In this document: positions 18,230 to 26,394 of the stretch, piece by piece
How positions within the stretch are numbered: position 1 is the stretch's first letter
Layout of the letters: the number at the start of each line of letters is the position of its first letter
Source: Candidatus Poseidoniaceae archaeon
GTDB taxonomy: Archaea > Thermoplasmatota > Poseidoniia > Poseidoniales > Poseidoniaceae
Direction of reading: 5' to 3'
Assembly (NCBI GenBank): GCA_943788295.1
Contig: CALSPS010000006.1
Coordinates: forward strand, 26,192-90,191
DNA length: 64,000 nt
Notes under the pieces: generated by a model
The model's database searches: none
What the model saw: the letters and a program-made list of their open reading frames with translations, nothing else
What the model was told of the DNA's origin: nothing
Made by a program: the position numbers and the translations under genes

Positions 18230-19246
18230 TTAAACCGGCCATGTGACTGGTGTTTGGTCGGTCCGGAGGTATTGATCAACGGCGCTTTGTGCATAGGACG
18301 TTGTTCGCCCATGGTCGAGTTCGATTTTTCCAAGAAGCGCAATCATCGAGCCGTTGTCAATGCAGAACATCCGTGGTGGAGCATGAGAGGTTGCCTCTCG
18401 CTCTTCAGCCATGAGCGTGCACATTTCTCTTAACCGATTGTTGCACGCAACACCGCCACCCAACAGGACTTCTGACTTGCCGGTGTGTGCTAACGCTCGC
18501 TCGGCAATTTCCACACAGGCTGCAAACGAGTGCTCTTGCAGCGACCAACACACAGCGCCCAGTTCCGCACCATTGTCCAGGAGTCGTTGTGCAGCAGTCA
18601 TGACGCCGGAAAAGGCAAGGTCCATGCCACGTACGGCAAAAGGCAACTCAAGCCCTTCTAGACTTGCATTTGGGTTTTTATCAAGCCATTCCTTTGCGAG
18701 TTTTTCGATGACAGGGCCGCCGGGGAAAGGGATGCCTTGGCCGCGAGCAAACTTATCGAGCATGTTCCCAATACCGATGTCCAATGTCTCACCGAGGACT
18801 CTGTAGCGACCATCGAGGTGGGCAATGACTTGCGTGTTTCCACCTGATACATAGAGAAGAATAGGATCGTTGCACCCACACTGCTGGCGTCCTATCTCAA
18901 TGTGAGCCACACAGTGATTGACTCCAATGAGGGGCGCTTCTAATTTACTCGCCATACCGCGGGCAATCGCAGCTCCAACCCTCAAACACGGTCCCAAACC
19001 GGGTCCTTGTGAATAGGCTACGGCACCGATGTCGTCTGCCGTGATTCCATTCGTTTCGAACAGGCGTTCGAGCAAGCCAAATGCAGCATCTTTGTGATGG
19101 TCTGCTGCCTCACGAGGGTGAATTCCGCCTTCGTCAGGTCGGACGGTCGATGAACTGGCTGGCGTGGGGACTCCATTTTGATCCACCAAACCAAAAGAAA
19201 GGGTGTGAGCGGTCGATTCGATACCCAAGGTCCACTGGCCCGGCAT
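18230..19246 (-). CDS. kae1: tRNA t6A synthase Kae1 (KEOPS)
   Basis: LGIESTAHT, GGIHPREAADHH, SQGPGLGPCL, VNHCVAHIEIG, VSGGNT, GETLDIGIGN, DNGSMIA. Confidence 0.97.
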   Translation of the reverse strand: MPGQWTLGIESTAHTLSFGLVDQNGVPTPASSSTVRPDEGGIHPREAADHHKDAAFGLLERLFETNGITADDIGAVAYSQGPGLGPCLRVGAAIARGMASKLEAPLIGVNHCVAHIEIGRQQCGCNDPILLYVSGGNTQVIAHLDGRYRVLGETLDIGIGNMLDKFARGQGIPFPGGPVIEKLAKEWLDKNPNASLEGLELPFAVRGMDLAFSGVMTAAQRLLDNGAELGAVCWSLQEHSFAACVEIAERALAHTGKSEVLLGGGVACNNRLREMCTLMAEEREATSHAPPRMFCIDNGSMIALLGKIELDHGRTTSYAQSAVDQYLRTDQTPVTWPV

Positions 19247-19297
19247 GGTAAGGGGTTAGAGCCATTGTTCTTCAACCCTCAGCCTCAGCAGGCAACC

Positions 19298-20563
19298 ATG
19301 CGGACCGTTCTATTGGACATCGGGCCCATGGCGCACCTTGGAGGGAAGGGTCCTCTTTCTGGACTTTCGGCCACCGATTATGATTTACTTACATACGCTG
19401 CTGGAAAGGGGATTGTTGTAACTGATGATGTAATAGAGAAAATCGGGGAATCATCCGAACTGCGCTCTGAGTATGGTTCGCCAAAGGATTCAACCCAAGA
19501 TACCGCTATTCATTCCATGGAAGGATGCGCAGTCGTGCCCGGGTTGGTGGATGGGCATAACCATTTGATTTGGGCTGGTGATCGTTCCAACGAGATCACG
19601 ATGAAGCAGCAAGGTATGACATATCAACAAATAGCATCCACGGGTGGCGGTATTCAACACACCGTCAGAGAAACTTCGCAGGCCACATACGAGGAATTGA
19701 TCAAACTTGGTTACCAACGCATGCGCCATGCTCTTGTTCATGGCACGACACACCTAGAAAGCAAGAGTGGATATGGATTGTCGACGGAGTCTGAACTGAA
19801 ACTTCTGAATGTTGCACACGATCTAAGCCAAATGAATCACCTCCCAACGATGGAGTTGACATGGCTTGGCGCTCATGACACACCTAAAGGTGTCAAACGT
19901 TCGGACTATGTTGAGGAAATCCTTAGCGATCAACTTCCTAAAGTTCTTGACCAAGGCTATGCCAATGCCGCTGATGTCTTTTGCGAACCTGGTTGGTTCA
20001 CTGTAGAAGAAAGCGAATCCATCCTATTGGCCGCCGGAAAGGGCGGACTTCGCAAACGAATCCACATTGATGAATTCGAGGATGGTGGTGGTGGGGAATT
20101 AGCAGCTTCAATGGGGGTCATCACGGCAGATCATGCCCATTATACCGCACATGAAACGCGGTCGAGGATGGAATCTGCCGGTGTCAATACGGGGTTTTTG
20201 CCTGGGACTCCCTACACTATGGGTGCCGATTGGCCTTCGTTTTCAGATGCGACAGAGCAAGGGATTAGGTGGACGGTTGCAACCGACTTCAATCCAAACT
20301 GCAACATTCTCAGCATGCCACTCATTGGTTCGATGCTTGTTCATCGCAACCAAGTGGATCCACTGCTCGCATTGGTGGCCTCGACCAGAAATGCAGCAGA
20401 AACAACACCACATCCAACTGGAAGGCCACACGGGCGAATCGAGGTTGGCGCAGTAGCCAACCTCAACATCCTCGATGGAACTCAGTGGCAATCATGGTGC
20501 AACCGTCCAGGCACCACGCCATTCAAATCCACAATGCTGAATGGAACCTTAGTCCATCACTGA
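19298..20563 (+). CDS. hutI: Imidazolonepropionase
   Basis: PGLVDGHNH, GDRSNE, GGGI..TV..T, GTT..ESKSGYGL, DVFCE, ATDFNP. Confidence 0.92.
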   Translation: MRTVLLDIGPMAHLGGKGPLSGLSATDYDLLTYAAGKGIVVTDDVIEKIGESSELRSEYGSPKDSTQDTAIHSMEGCAVVPGLVDGHNHLIWAGDRSNEITMKQQGMTYQQIASTGGGIQHTVRETSQATYEELIKLGYQRMRHALVHGTTHLESKSGYGLSTESELKLLNVAHDLSQMNHLPTMELTWLGAHDTPKGVKRSDYVEEILSDQLPKVLDQGYANAADVFCEPGWFTVEESESILLAAGKGGLRKRIHIDEFEDGGGGELAASMGVITADHAHYTAHETRSRMESAGVNTGFLPGTPYTMGADWPSFSDATEQGIRWTVATDFNPNCNILSMPLIGSMLVHRNQVDPLLALVASTRNAAETTPHPTGRPHGRIEVGAVANLNILDGTQWQSWCNRPGTTPFKSTMLNGTLVHH

Positions 20564-20608
20564 AATACATCTAATATCCATCTCAAATCTAATTGTTGCA
20601 TTTGGTGC

Positions 20609-20956
20609 GTGAAATATATGAAATCAGAAATCAACACTGTCCTTGTGGAAACTGTGGTTTGTGCCGGTGCCGAAGGGAAGCAAGCGAGATTTTTACGAAT
20701 GCTCGAAACGCGCCAGGCATACAAACGACGTCAGAAGGGATGCCTTGCCGCTTGGGTTGGACCATCCACCGATGGAGCTGGATTGGTGTTGGTCCAAACT
20801 GTGTTTTCAGATCGTGACAGTTGGAAATCCATTTCTGAATCCGTCATCAACACACTCGATGCAAAAGACGGTGGACTAGAATCTGTATTGGCGGGTCCTC
20901 CTCTTGTTGGAATGTTTGAAATTGATCCTTCCAAACTTATTTTTGAGGATGCGTGA
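20609..20956 (+). CDS. Hypothetical protein, possible ABM/dimeric alpha-beta barrel
   Basis: 115 aa; EGKQARFL..L......RRQKGC pattern resembles ABM-family proteins. Confidence 0.55.
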   Translation: MKYMKSEINTVLVETVVCAGAEGKQARFLRMLETRQAYKRRQKGCLAAWVGPSTDGAGLVLVQTVFSDRDSWKSISESVINTLDAKDGGLESVLAGPPLVGMFEIDPSKLIFEDA

Positions 20957-20984
20957 AGATATCACTCATATTCCATGCCACGAT

Positions 20985-21012
20985 GTGTCGCATAATGTAT
21001 GTTATACGACAA
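20985..21012. other. Putative dif / tyrosine-recombinase (XerA) core site
   Basis: GTGTCGCATAA-TGTATG-TTATACGACAA: 11-6-11 layout, arms 9/11 complementary, 19/28 identical to E. coli dif. Confidence 0.65.
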
Positions 21013-21229
21013 CGGGCCAAAAAGGGAATTGATCCATTCATTTGTACGTTACAAATATGCCTCGCAGTACCCCTTTTAGAGTGAAATACAATTTGTCCTT
21101 TGGCCAATAACATGAAATTTCACCCACCAAGGAGGGGGTCAGAGGGTGGATTTGGCAGATTTTTGCAAAAGTACTTGCTTTGGATGAAATTATGACGAAG
21201 CAACTAAGAAATGAATATCTCAGGAGGAA

Positions 21230-21391
21230 ATGAGTTCGATGTCTGCTGTGGAAGGATTCTGTTTGAAGTGCAAGACCTATGGGCCGATTAAGGACGGTCA
21301 ACTGATCAAAATGAAAAACGGCCGCACGCGTATGGCTGGCTTCTGTTCACAAACTGGCTGCACGGGAAAAATTTCCAAAATCGTAAGCTAA
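21230..21391 (+). CDS. Small basic Zn-ribbon protein (DUF5679-like), 53 aa (not in ORF track)
   Basis: SD AGGAGG; MSSMSAVEGFCLKCKTYGPIKDGQLIKMKNGRTRMAGFCSQTGCTGKISKIVS*. Confidence 0.8.
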   Translation: MSSMSAVEGFCLKCKTYGPIKDGQLIKMKNGRTRMAGFCSQTGCTGKISKIVS

Positions 21392-21449
21392 CTTCACTGA
21401 TTCGAACCGATGCGGTTTAATACACCGGTTCGGTGGCCAAATTACCTAG

Positions 21450-21525
21450 GGGCTCGTGGTCTAGGGGTTATGACGTCGCCTTGACATGGCGAAGATCGAG
21501 AGTTCAATTCTCTCCGAGCCCACCA
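21450..21525 (+). tRNA. tRNA-Val(GAC)
   Basis: Acceptor GGGCTCG/CGAGCCC, anticodon arm TCGCC-TTGACAT-GGCGA, T-arm GAGAG-TTCAATT-CTCTC, encoded ACCA; TTTAAT TATA-like element upstream. Confidence 0.97.
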
Positions 21526-21608
21526 TTGCTCTATTCTTACAAGCAATGAATAATGGATATATGTTTTTAAATGGTAATTAAAATTCAACCGATTCAAAAA
21601 CCGTCTAA

Positions 21609-21980
21609 TTAATCTTCAACCTGAGTCAAATCCTCAGGGTCGGGTAAAACGAGATCGTCAGGGTCAACGCGAGAGAGGGGACGTTCTTCGATCTCTTCCA
21701 TTGTGAAATCAGATGAACCACCATCCCAATTCACTAAATCCTCAGTTTCTTCGAATATCTCATCAGGTAGAGCCTGCTCGGCTGAAAGCGAGTAGGCTGT
21801 AGGGTCAATTGGTTCTCGTTGAACTGGTTCAGGATTGGCTGGAGCGTTGCGTTCTTCCATGTGGATTCCAGAATGGAATGTGCCACACTCCGAACATCGG
21901 ACCGTACCTTTCCTCTCGAAACAGCCGCAGTTAGGGCATGATGCCAAGGCCGCGTACACGTCCAATGGATCCTTGCCCAT
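21609..21980 (-). CDS. Zn-ribbon protein with acidic tail
   Basis: CPNCG...CSECG N-terminus; 4 nt after the EF-hand gene. Confidence 0.75.
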   Translation of the reverse strand: MGKDPLDVYAALASCPNCGCFERKGTVRCSECGTFHSGIHMEERNAPANPEPVQREPIDPTAYSLSAEQALPDEIFEETEDLVNWDGGSSDFTMEEIEERPLSRVDPDDLVLPDPEDLTQVED

Positions 21981-21984
21981 TCAA

Positions 21985-23886
21985 TCACTCCACGAACATG
22001 TCTTCCTGGTAGCCCGTGATGATGTCGCCGGTTTCGTCTTCTTCGATGGTCACCGTTTCATCTTCGTCATCAAACTCGATAATGGTGCCAAAGACTTCCT
22101 CATCCTCAAGCGTTAGGCCAATGTGAGAGCCTATGTCGATCTCTCCTTCCCCTTCAGCGTCCTCGTCTTCCACGGATTCTTCGTCGGACTCATCATCCAA
22201 TTCTTCTTCCTCGAAATCCTCTTCGAGGGCTTCTTCCATCTCATCTTCGATGTTATCTTCTTCTTCCGATTCTGATTCAGTCGAAGCATCTGCTTGGTCG
22301 TCTTGGACTTCCTTCATTGCCTTCGCACGTCCACGCCAAGTCGGCATGAGGACCAGATGCATGTAGAGGGAACCAACAAGCCCCGCTGCTCCAAGAATCA
22401 TGAACAGTATTCCGTCCCAATAGAAGCCTGCAGGCATCGAACTGGATTTGCCACCCAGAGGCGTTAATGAGTTCTTACAATCCCCTTCCTGAATCGCAGG
22501 GTCACAGGGATATGAATCGCCTTCAGCAAGACCTGCTGGTGGGAGTAAGTTGCCCTTGGTCTCCAATTCAATTGGACCACCAGTTCCATCAACAATCACG
22601 CCGAATCCATTGACAACCCATAGGGCGATGAACAGTCCAAACGCTAGATGAATCAATGGCCATACATATTCGTTCCATTGCTTACCCATCATGCGCTTTT
22701 GCATCTCTGTTGGGAATGGCTTTGATGGTTTGCTGATGACGGCCCGATCATCTGTGGCTTCATCGGCATCAGCCAAATTTTCTAGGGCGGTGATAAATTC
22801 AATCATGTCCACGGTTCGATCGTTGTCCTCATCGACTTCGCTCAAGAATTCTTCGATTTGCTCGTGCCCGATTTCCTCATCAAACAACTTGTTCAATTCG
22901 TTCATTAATTCAACAACATCCACTCTGCCATTGGCATCTCGGTCAATGCTCCTGAAGAATTGAGCCGGGGAAGTTTCCATTTCATCCATGGCGTCAGCAA
23001 TCTTGCGAATGAGAGAGATCTCTTCGGAGCTTTCGACTTCCTCGGAGTGTGTTTCTTCAGTTTCTTCTTCGTCCATCGATTCTTCGATGCCATCATCTTC
23101 GACTTCCGACGTGTCCTCTTCAGCAACTTCTTCTTCACTCGATTCAGGATCGTCAGATTCAACATCTTCTTCAGAATCTTCGGTTGCCTCTTCTTCAAGT
23201 TCTGAATCTGATTCAACATCTTCTTCAGAATCTTCGGTTGCCTCTTCTTCAAGGTCTGAATCTGATTCAACATTTTCGTCAGTTGCTTCCTCTTCTTCCA
23301 CGGTTTCGGTTTCCACTTCATCTTCAGATTCAGTTTCTTGTTCTTCTTCGGTTCCCGCCACATTCACTTCTTCAGGTTCCTCCATAGCGGTGGTTGAGGT
23401 ATCGTTCAGTTCGTCTTCTGGCAAATCATCTCCAGTGATGGTTTTGTGCAACTCAGCAAGATCGATCCTTCCATCTCCGTCAGCATCTATTGTTTCGATA
23501 AGACGCTCAACTTGTGAAGGCGGCAAGTCTGCCAGATTGAGACTTAACAATCCAGACTTCAACTCACTTGAGTCGATTTGGCCATCGCCGTCCTTGTCGA
23601 ATTTGTTGAAGAGGATCGGAATCGTGATGCCTGTTGTTGCTAACCAATTTCGCAGTACGTCGACCACATCATCGGCAATGAAAACTGTACCGCAGTGGGT
23701 GCATTTGGTCGAATCTAACGGCACGAGGCCACCGCAAGCACCACACTCGCCGAGGGCTTCATCAGAGACTCCGGAAAAGGAAATATTGCATTCTGGACAC
23801 TTGGTTGAATCAAGGGGAATTACTGCTCTGCAAGCACCACATTCTCCTGTGGCAACTTCTTCAGTCTTGTCTTCGGACATAGGCAC
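21985..23886 (-). CDS. Membrane protein with double Zn ribbons, four EF-hands and acidic linkers
   Basis: Two GECGAC..IPLDSTKC..C repeats; EF loops DKDGDGQIDSSE, DADGDGRIDLAE, DRDANGRVDVVE, DEDNDRTVDMIE; two TMs. Confidence 0.85.
   Translation of the reverse strand: MPMSEDKTEEVATGECGACRAVIPLDSTKCPECNISFSGVSDEALGECGACGGLVPLDSTKCTHCGTVFIADDVVDVLRNWLATTGITIPILFNKFDKDGDGQIDSSELKSGLLSLNLADLPPSQVERLIETIDADGDGRIDLAELHKTITGDDLPEDELNDTSTTAMEEPEEVNVAGTEEEQETESEDEVETETVEEEEATDENVESDSDLEEEATEDSEEDVESDSELEEEATEDSEEDVESDDPESSEEEVAEEDTSEVEDDGIEESMDEEETEETHSEEVESSEEISLIRKIADAMDEMETSPAQFFRSIDRDANGRVDVVELMNELNKLFDEEIGHEQIEEFLSEVDEDNDRTVDMIEFITALENLADADEATDDRAVISKPSKPFPTEMQKRMMGKQWNEYVWPLIHLAFGLFIALWVVNGFGVIVDGTGGPIELETKGNLLPPAGLAEGDSYPCDPAIQEGDCKNSLTPLGGKSSSMPAGFYWDGILFMILGAAGLVGSLYMHLVLMPTWRGRAKAMKEVQDDQADASTESESEEEDNIEDEMEEALEEDFEEEELDDESDEESVEDEDAEGEGEIDIGSHIGLTLEDEEVFGTIIEFDDEDETVTIEEDETGDIITGYQEDMFVE
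23156..23273. repeat. 54-bp in-frame tandem repeat (~2.2 copies)
   Basis: GATTCAACATCTTCTTCAGAATCTTCGGTTGCCTCTTCTTCAAG(T/G)TCTGAATCT at 23156 and 23210, partial copy at 23264; encodes ESDS(D/E)LEEEATEDSEEDV. Confidence 0.9.
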
Positions 23887-23966
23887 ACCTATTCTACCGA
23901 CAACAACAACGGATATAATGATTCATAGTCTTTCAACGGTTACCCATACCAATGGAGGGTTCAAAC

Positions 23967-24843
23967 ATGAGTGGCGTGACGAGTAAAAACCTCCTACGCG
24001 GACAGTTGTACAGTTGCAATTTTGCCGATGGAAGGGCCATGTTTGAATGGATCGATACCACATCCCAATCGAAGGATGATCATCTCGTTTTTGTCTCGAG
24101 ACTGCCCCATAGAAGGCTTGCTGGATCGCATTGATGTCTCAAAGGTCGAAACATATTGGATGACTCACCGAGTTGGACAGGCCCATATTGCTCCTGATTT
24201 GGAACAGTTACACGAATTAATCCTCTCCCGTATATCGAACCATCATGGTTGTATTATTCTCGAAGGGCTAGAGTGGTTGGTGACGTTGCATGGCGAAACG
24301 GTGATGTTAAATTTCGTTCGCAGTTTGAGGGATGATTTACATCGAACACAGTGGTCTATACTCATACCAATCAAGCCTCTGGCCTTTAATTCAATTTGGC
24401 TTGCAAGGTTCCACCGTGAAGCGCCGGAAATTGAATTGGAAACAGAAGAGCATAACGAAGTAGAAATCCATGTTGCGGACGAAATTGGGGAGGAACAAAC
24501 GATGGATACGACATCAACAGAGGAGGGATTACCAGTTCTTGTGATGCTGAATCGTCTCCCCGAAGTAGGGTTTACTAAGTCCATTTTACGGAAACGAATT
24601 TTACAGTGGCGGAGGATGGGGCTTGATGTATCGGAAGTTGAACCCGCTCTCCATTTTGATTCCGCTGAATCATACGCGTTGTATGCCTCCGTCGAAGAAA
24701 AAGTTCGACGGGCCGTGGAACTCGAACACTTGGTAGATGCAACTCATGAACACCTTACTGCAAGTGAACAAACCACATGTAAATTTAGAATTCGCCAACT
24801 CACTGGACTCGATGAAATCCAAGCGATGTTGATGTCCCGCTGA
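23967..24843 (+). pseudogene. DUF835 (KaiC-related) domain protein with apparent frameshift near 24120
   Basis: Frame A ends ..LVFVSRLPHRRL, frame B continues LDRIDVSKVETYWMTH...IAPDLEQL...IILEGLEWLVTLHG (DUF835 pattern). Confidence 0.65.
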
Positions 24844-26394
24844 TCATCGTGGGATACGGCCGTTCTCCGCTTCGATCCGTGCTAACCAGGCCCCATCTGA
24901 CAATGCGGTAGCGATGTTGATGAGTTCTTGACTTGTGCTGCGGTCACCGCTGAGTGGCTTTGCTAGTGTGCGAACGCGTTGCTTCAAGCTTGCAACATAA
25001 GTGGACGGTTCAAGTGATTCAAACTCCAATGCCTCGCACGCAACCAACAGTTCGCACGCTAAAACTTCCGACAAACGTTGCGTGGCTTGAAGCAGATTCC
25101 ATGCAGCGGTGGCGCCCATGCTCACATGGTCCTCTTGTCCAGCAGAAGTGCTGGTGGAAAAGGCAGCTCGTGGACTTGCGTGACCATGGAGTTCTGCCAA
25201 AGATGCTCCGGCAACATACTGAACAATCATCAAACCGGATTCCAAGCCAGAGTTTCTGGCCAGGAAAGCTGGCAATTCACTTCGTGCTGGATCCAGCATT
25301 TGGTCAATCCTACGTTCAGAAATAGATCCGAGCTCAAACAAGGCTGCAGACATAGAATCTGCTGTTAAGGCAATCACCTCTCCATGGAAATTCCCCTGGG
25401 AAATGACTTCATGTGGGCCTGGGTTCTTCGGGTCTGGAAAAATAAGTGGGTTATCTGTTGCACTGTTCAATTCGATCGTGAGCGTTTCAAGCATGGCAGT
25501 GTATTTTTGTAAAACTGCACCATGAACCTGGGGGGCGCATCGGAATGAATACGCATCTTGTACTCGTTCACAATCTGCGTGTGAGTCAAGAATCTCGGAT
25601 TTGACCATCAAGCTTCGAATCCTTTTGGCAACGAGACTCTGACCCGGATGGGGTCGCGCATCATGTACACGCGGATCTGAAGGTTGGATGCTTGCCTTTC
25701 TGGCTTCCATTGAGGTGCAAAGGATCAAATCGGCCAGTGGTAGAAGCGATGACAATCTTCGTTCGGCAAGGGTCATGAAGGCCAACATTTGACTGGTGCC
25801 GTTGATCAAAGATAATCCGTCCTTTGCACCCAATTTTATCCCGATAAGACCGTGTTCCCTAAGCACGGCTTCTGTTGGCGCAGGTGCTCCATTTTGGTCC
25901 AAAACATAGCCTTCTCCGAGCAATGCTAAGGCCATGTGAGAGAGTGGTGCTAAGTCCCCACTTGCACCAAGGCTTCCAATTCTCGGCACGTAAGGAATGA
26001 TATCTTTATTGAGAAATTCCAGAAGTTGATCTAAGACATTTGGGTGGACGCCTGAGTGGCCTTTAACGAGCGAATTAATTCGGACAGCCATCATTGCACG
26101 GACAGCGTTTTTGGGCATTGCCTCTCCAAGTCCAGTAGCGTGTGAACGGACCAAATTGGTTTGCAACTGAGCCAAATCATCGGGAGAAATTCGTTCATGG
26201 ACCAAGGCGCCGAACCCAGTATTAATTCCATACACCGTTTCACCGCGGGAAAGAATTCCATCCACAACAGAACGAGCAGCGTGGACCTTTTGCCAAGCAT
26301 CTTCTGAAATAGCTACATCTGCATGATTCGAAGCGATGCGTTCAACTTCAGCCGGAGTTAATGTGGTGCCATCAAAATGGATTGTGTTTCTCAT
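24844..26394 (-). CDS. hutH: Histidine ammonia-lyase
   Basis: VYGINTGFG, MIO motif GSLGASGDLAPL, LINGT, VQDAYSFRC.PQVHG, TDNPL, GNFHG, QEDHVSMG. Confidence 0.97.
   Translation of the reverse strand: MRNTIHFDGTTLTPAEVERIASNHADVAISEDAWQKVHAARSVVDGILSRGETVYGINTGFGALVHERISPDDLAQLQTNLVRSHATGLGEAMPKNAVRAMMAVRINSLVKGHSGVHPNVLDQLLEFLNKDIIPYVPRIGSLGASGDLAPLSHMALALLGEGYVLDQNGAPAPTEAVLREHGLIGIKLGAKDGLSLINGTSQMLAFMTLAERRLSSLLPLADLILCTSMEARKASIQPSDPRVHDARPHPGQSLVAKRIRSLMVKSEILDSHADCERVQDAYSFRCAPQVHGAVLQKYTAMLETLTIELNSATDNPLIFPDPKNPGPHEVISQGNFHGEVIALTADSMSAALFELGSISERRIDQMLDPARSELPAFLARNSGLESGLMIVQYVAGASLAELHGHASPRAAFSTSTSAGQEDHVSMGATAAWNLLQATQRLSEVLACELLVACEALEFESLEPSTYVASLKQRVRTLAKPLSGDRSTSQELINIATALSDGAWLARIEAENGRIPR

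Noticed and set aside
20988..21009. loxP or cloning-vector contamination
   Set aside because: The outer loxP arms (ATAACT/AGTTAT) are absent and the flanks are native genes; a dif-like site fits better.
21070..21145. Replication origin ORB elements
   Set aside because: A G-run is present, but there is no convincing TTCCAGTGGAAA-type core and no cdc6/orc1 nearby.
21450..21610. Integrated element at tRNA-Val
   Set aside because: No integrase and no duplicated tRNA 3' end noticed in the window.
23156..23273. CRISPR-like array
   Set aside because: Contiguous in-frame coding repeats with no spacers and no cas genes.
22988..23986. 332-aa Ser-rich plus-strand ORF (and similar 22133-22366, 23049-23387)
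   Set aside because: Antisense shadow of the Glu/Asp-rich EF-hand gene (GAA/GAT codons read as TTC/ATC/TCT).
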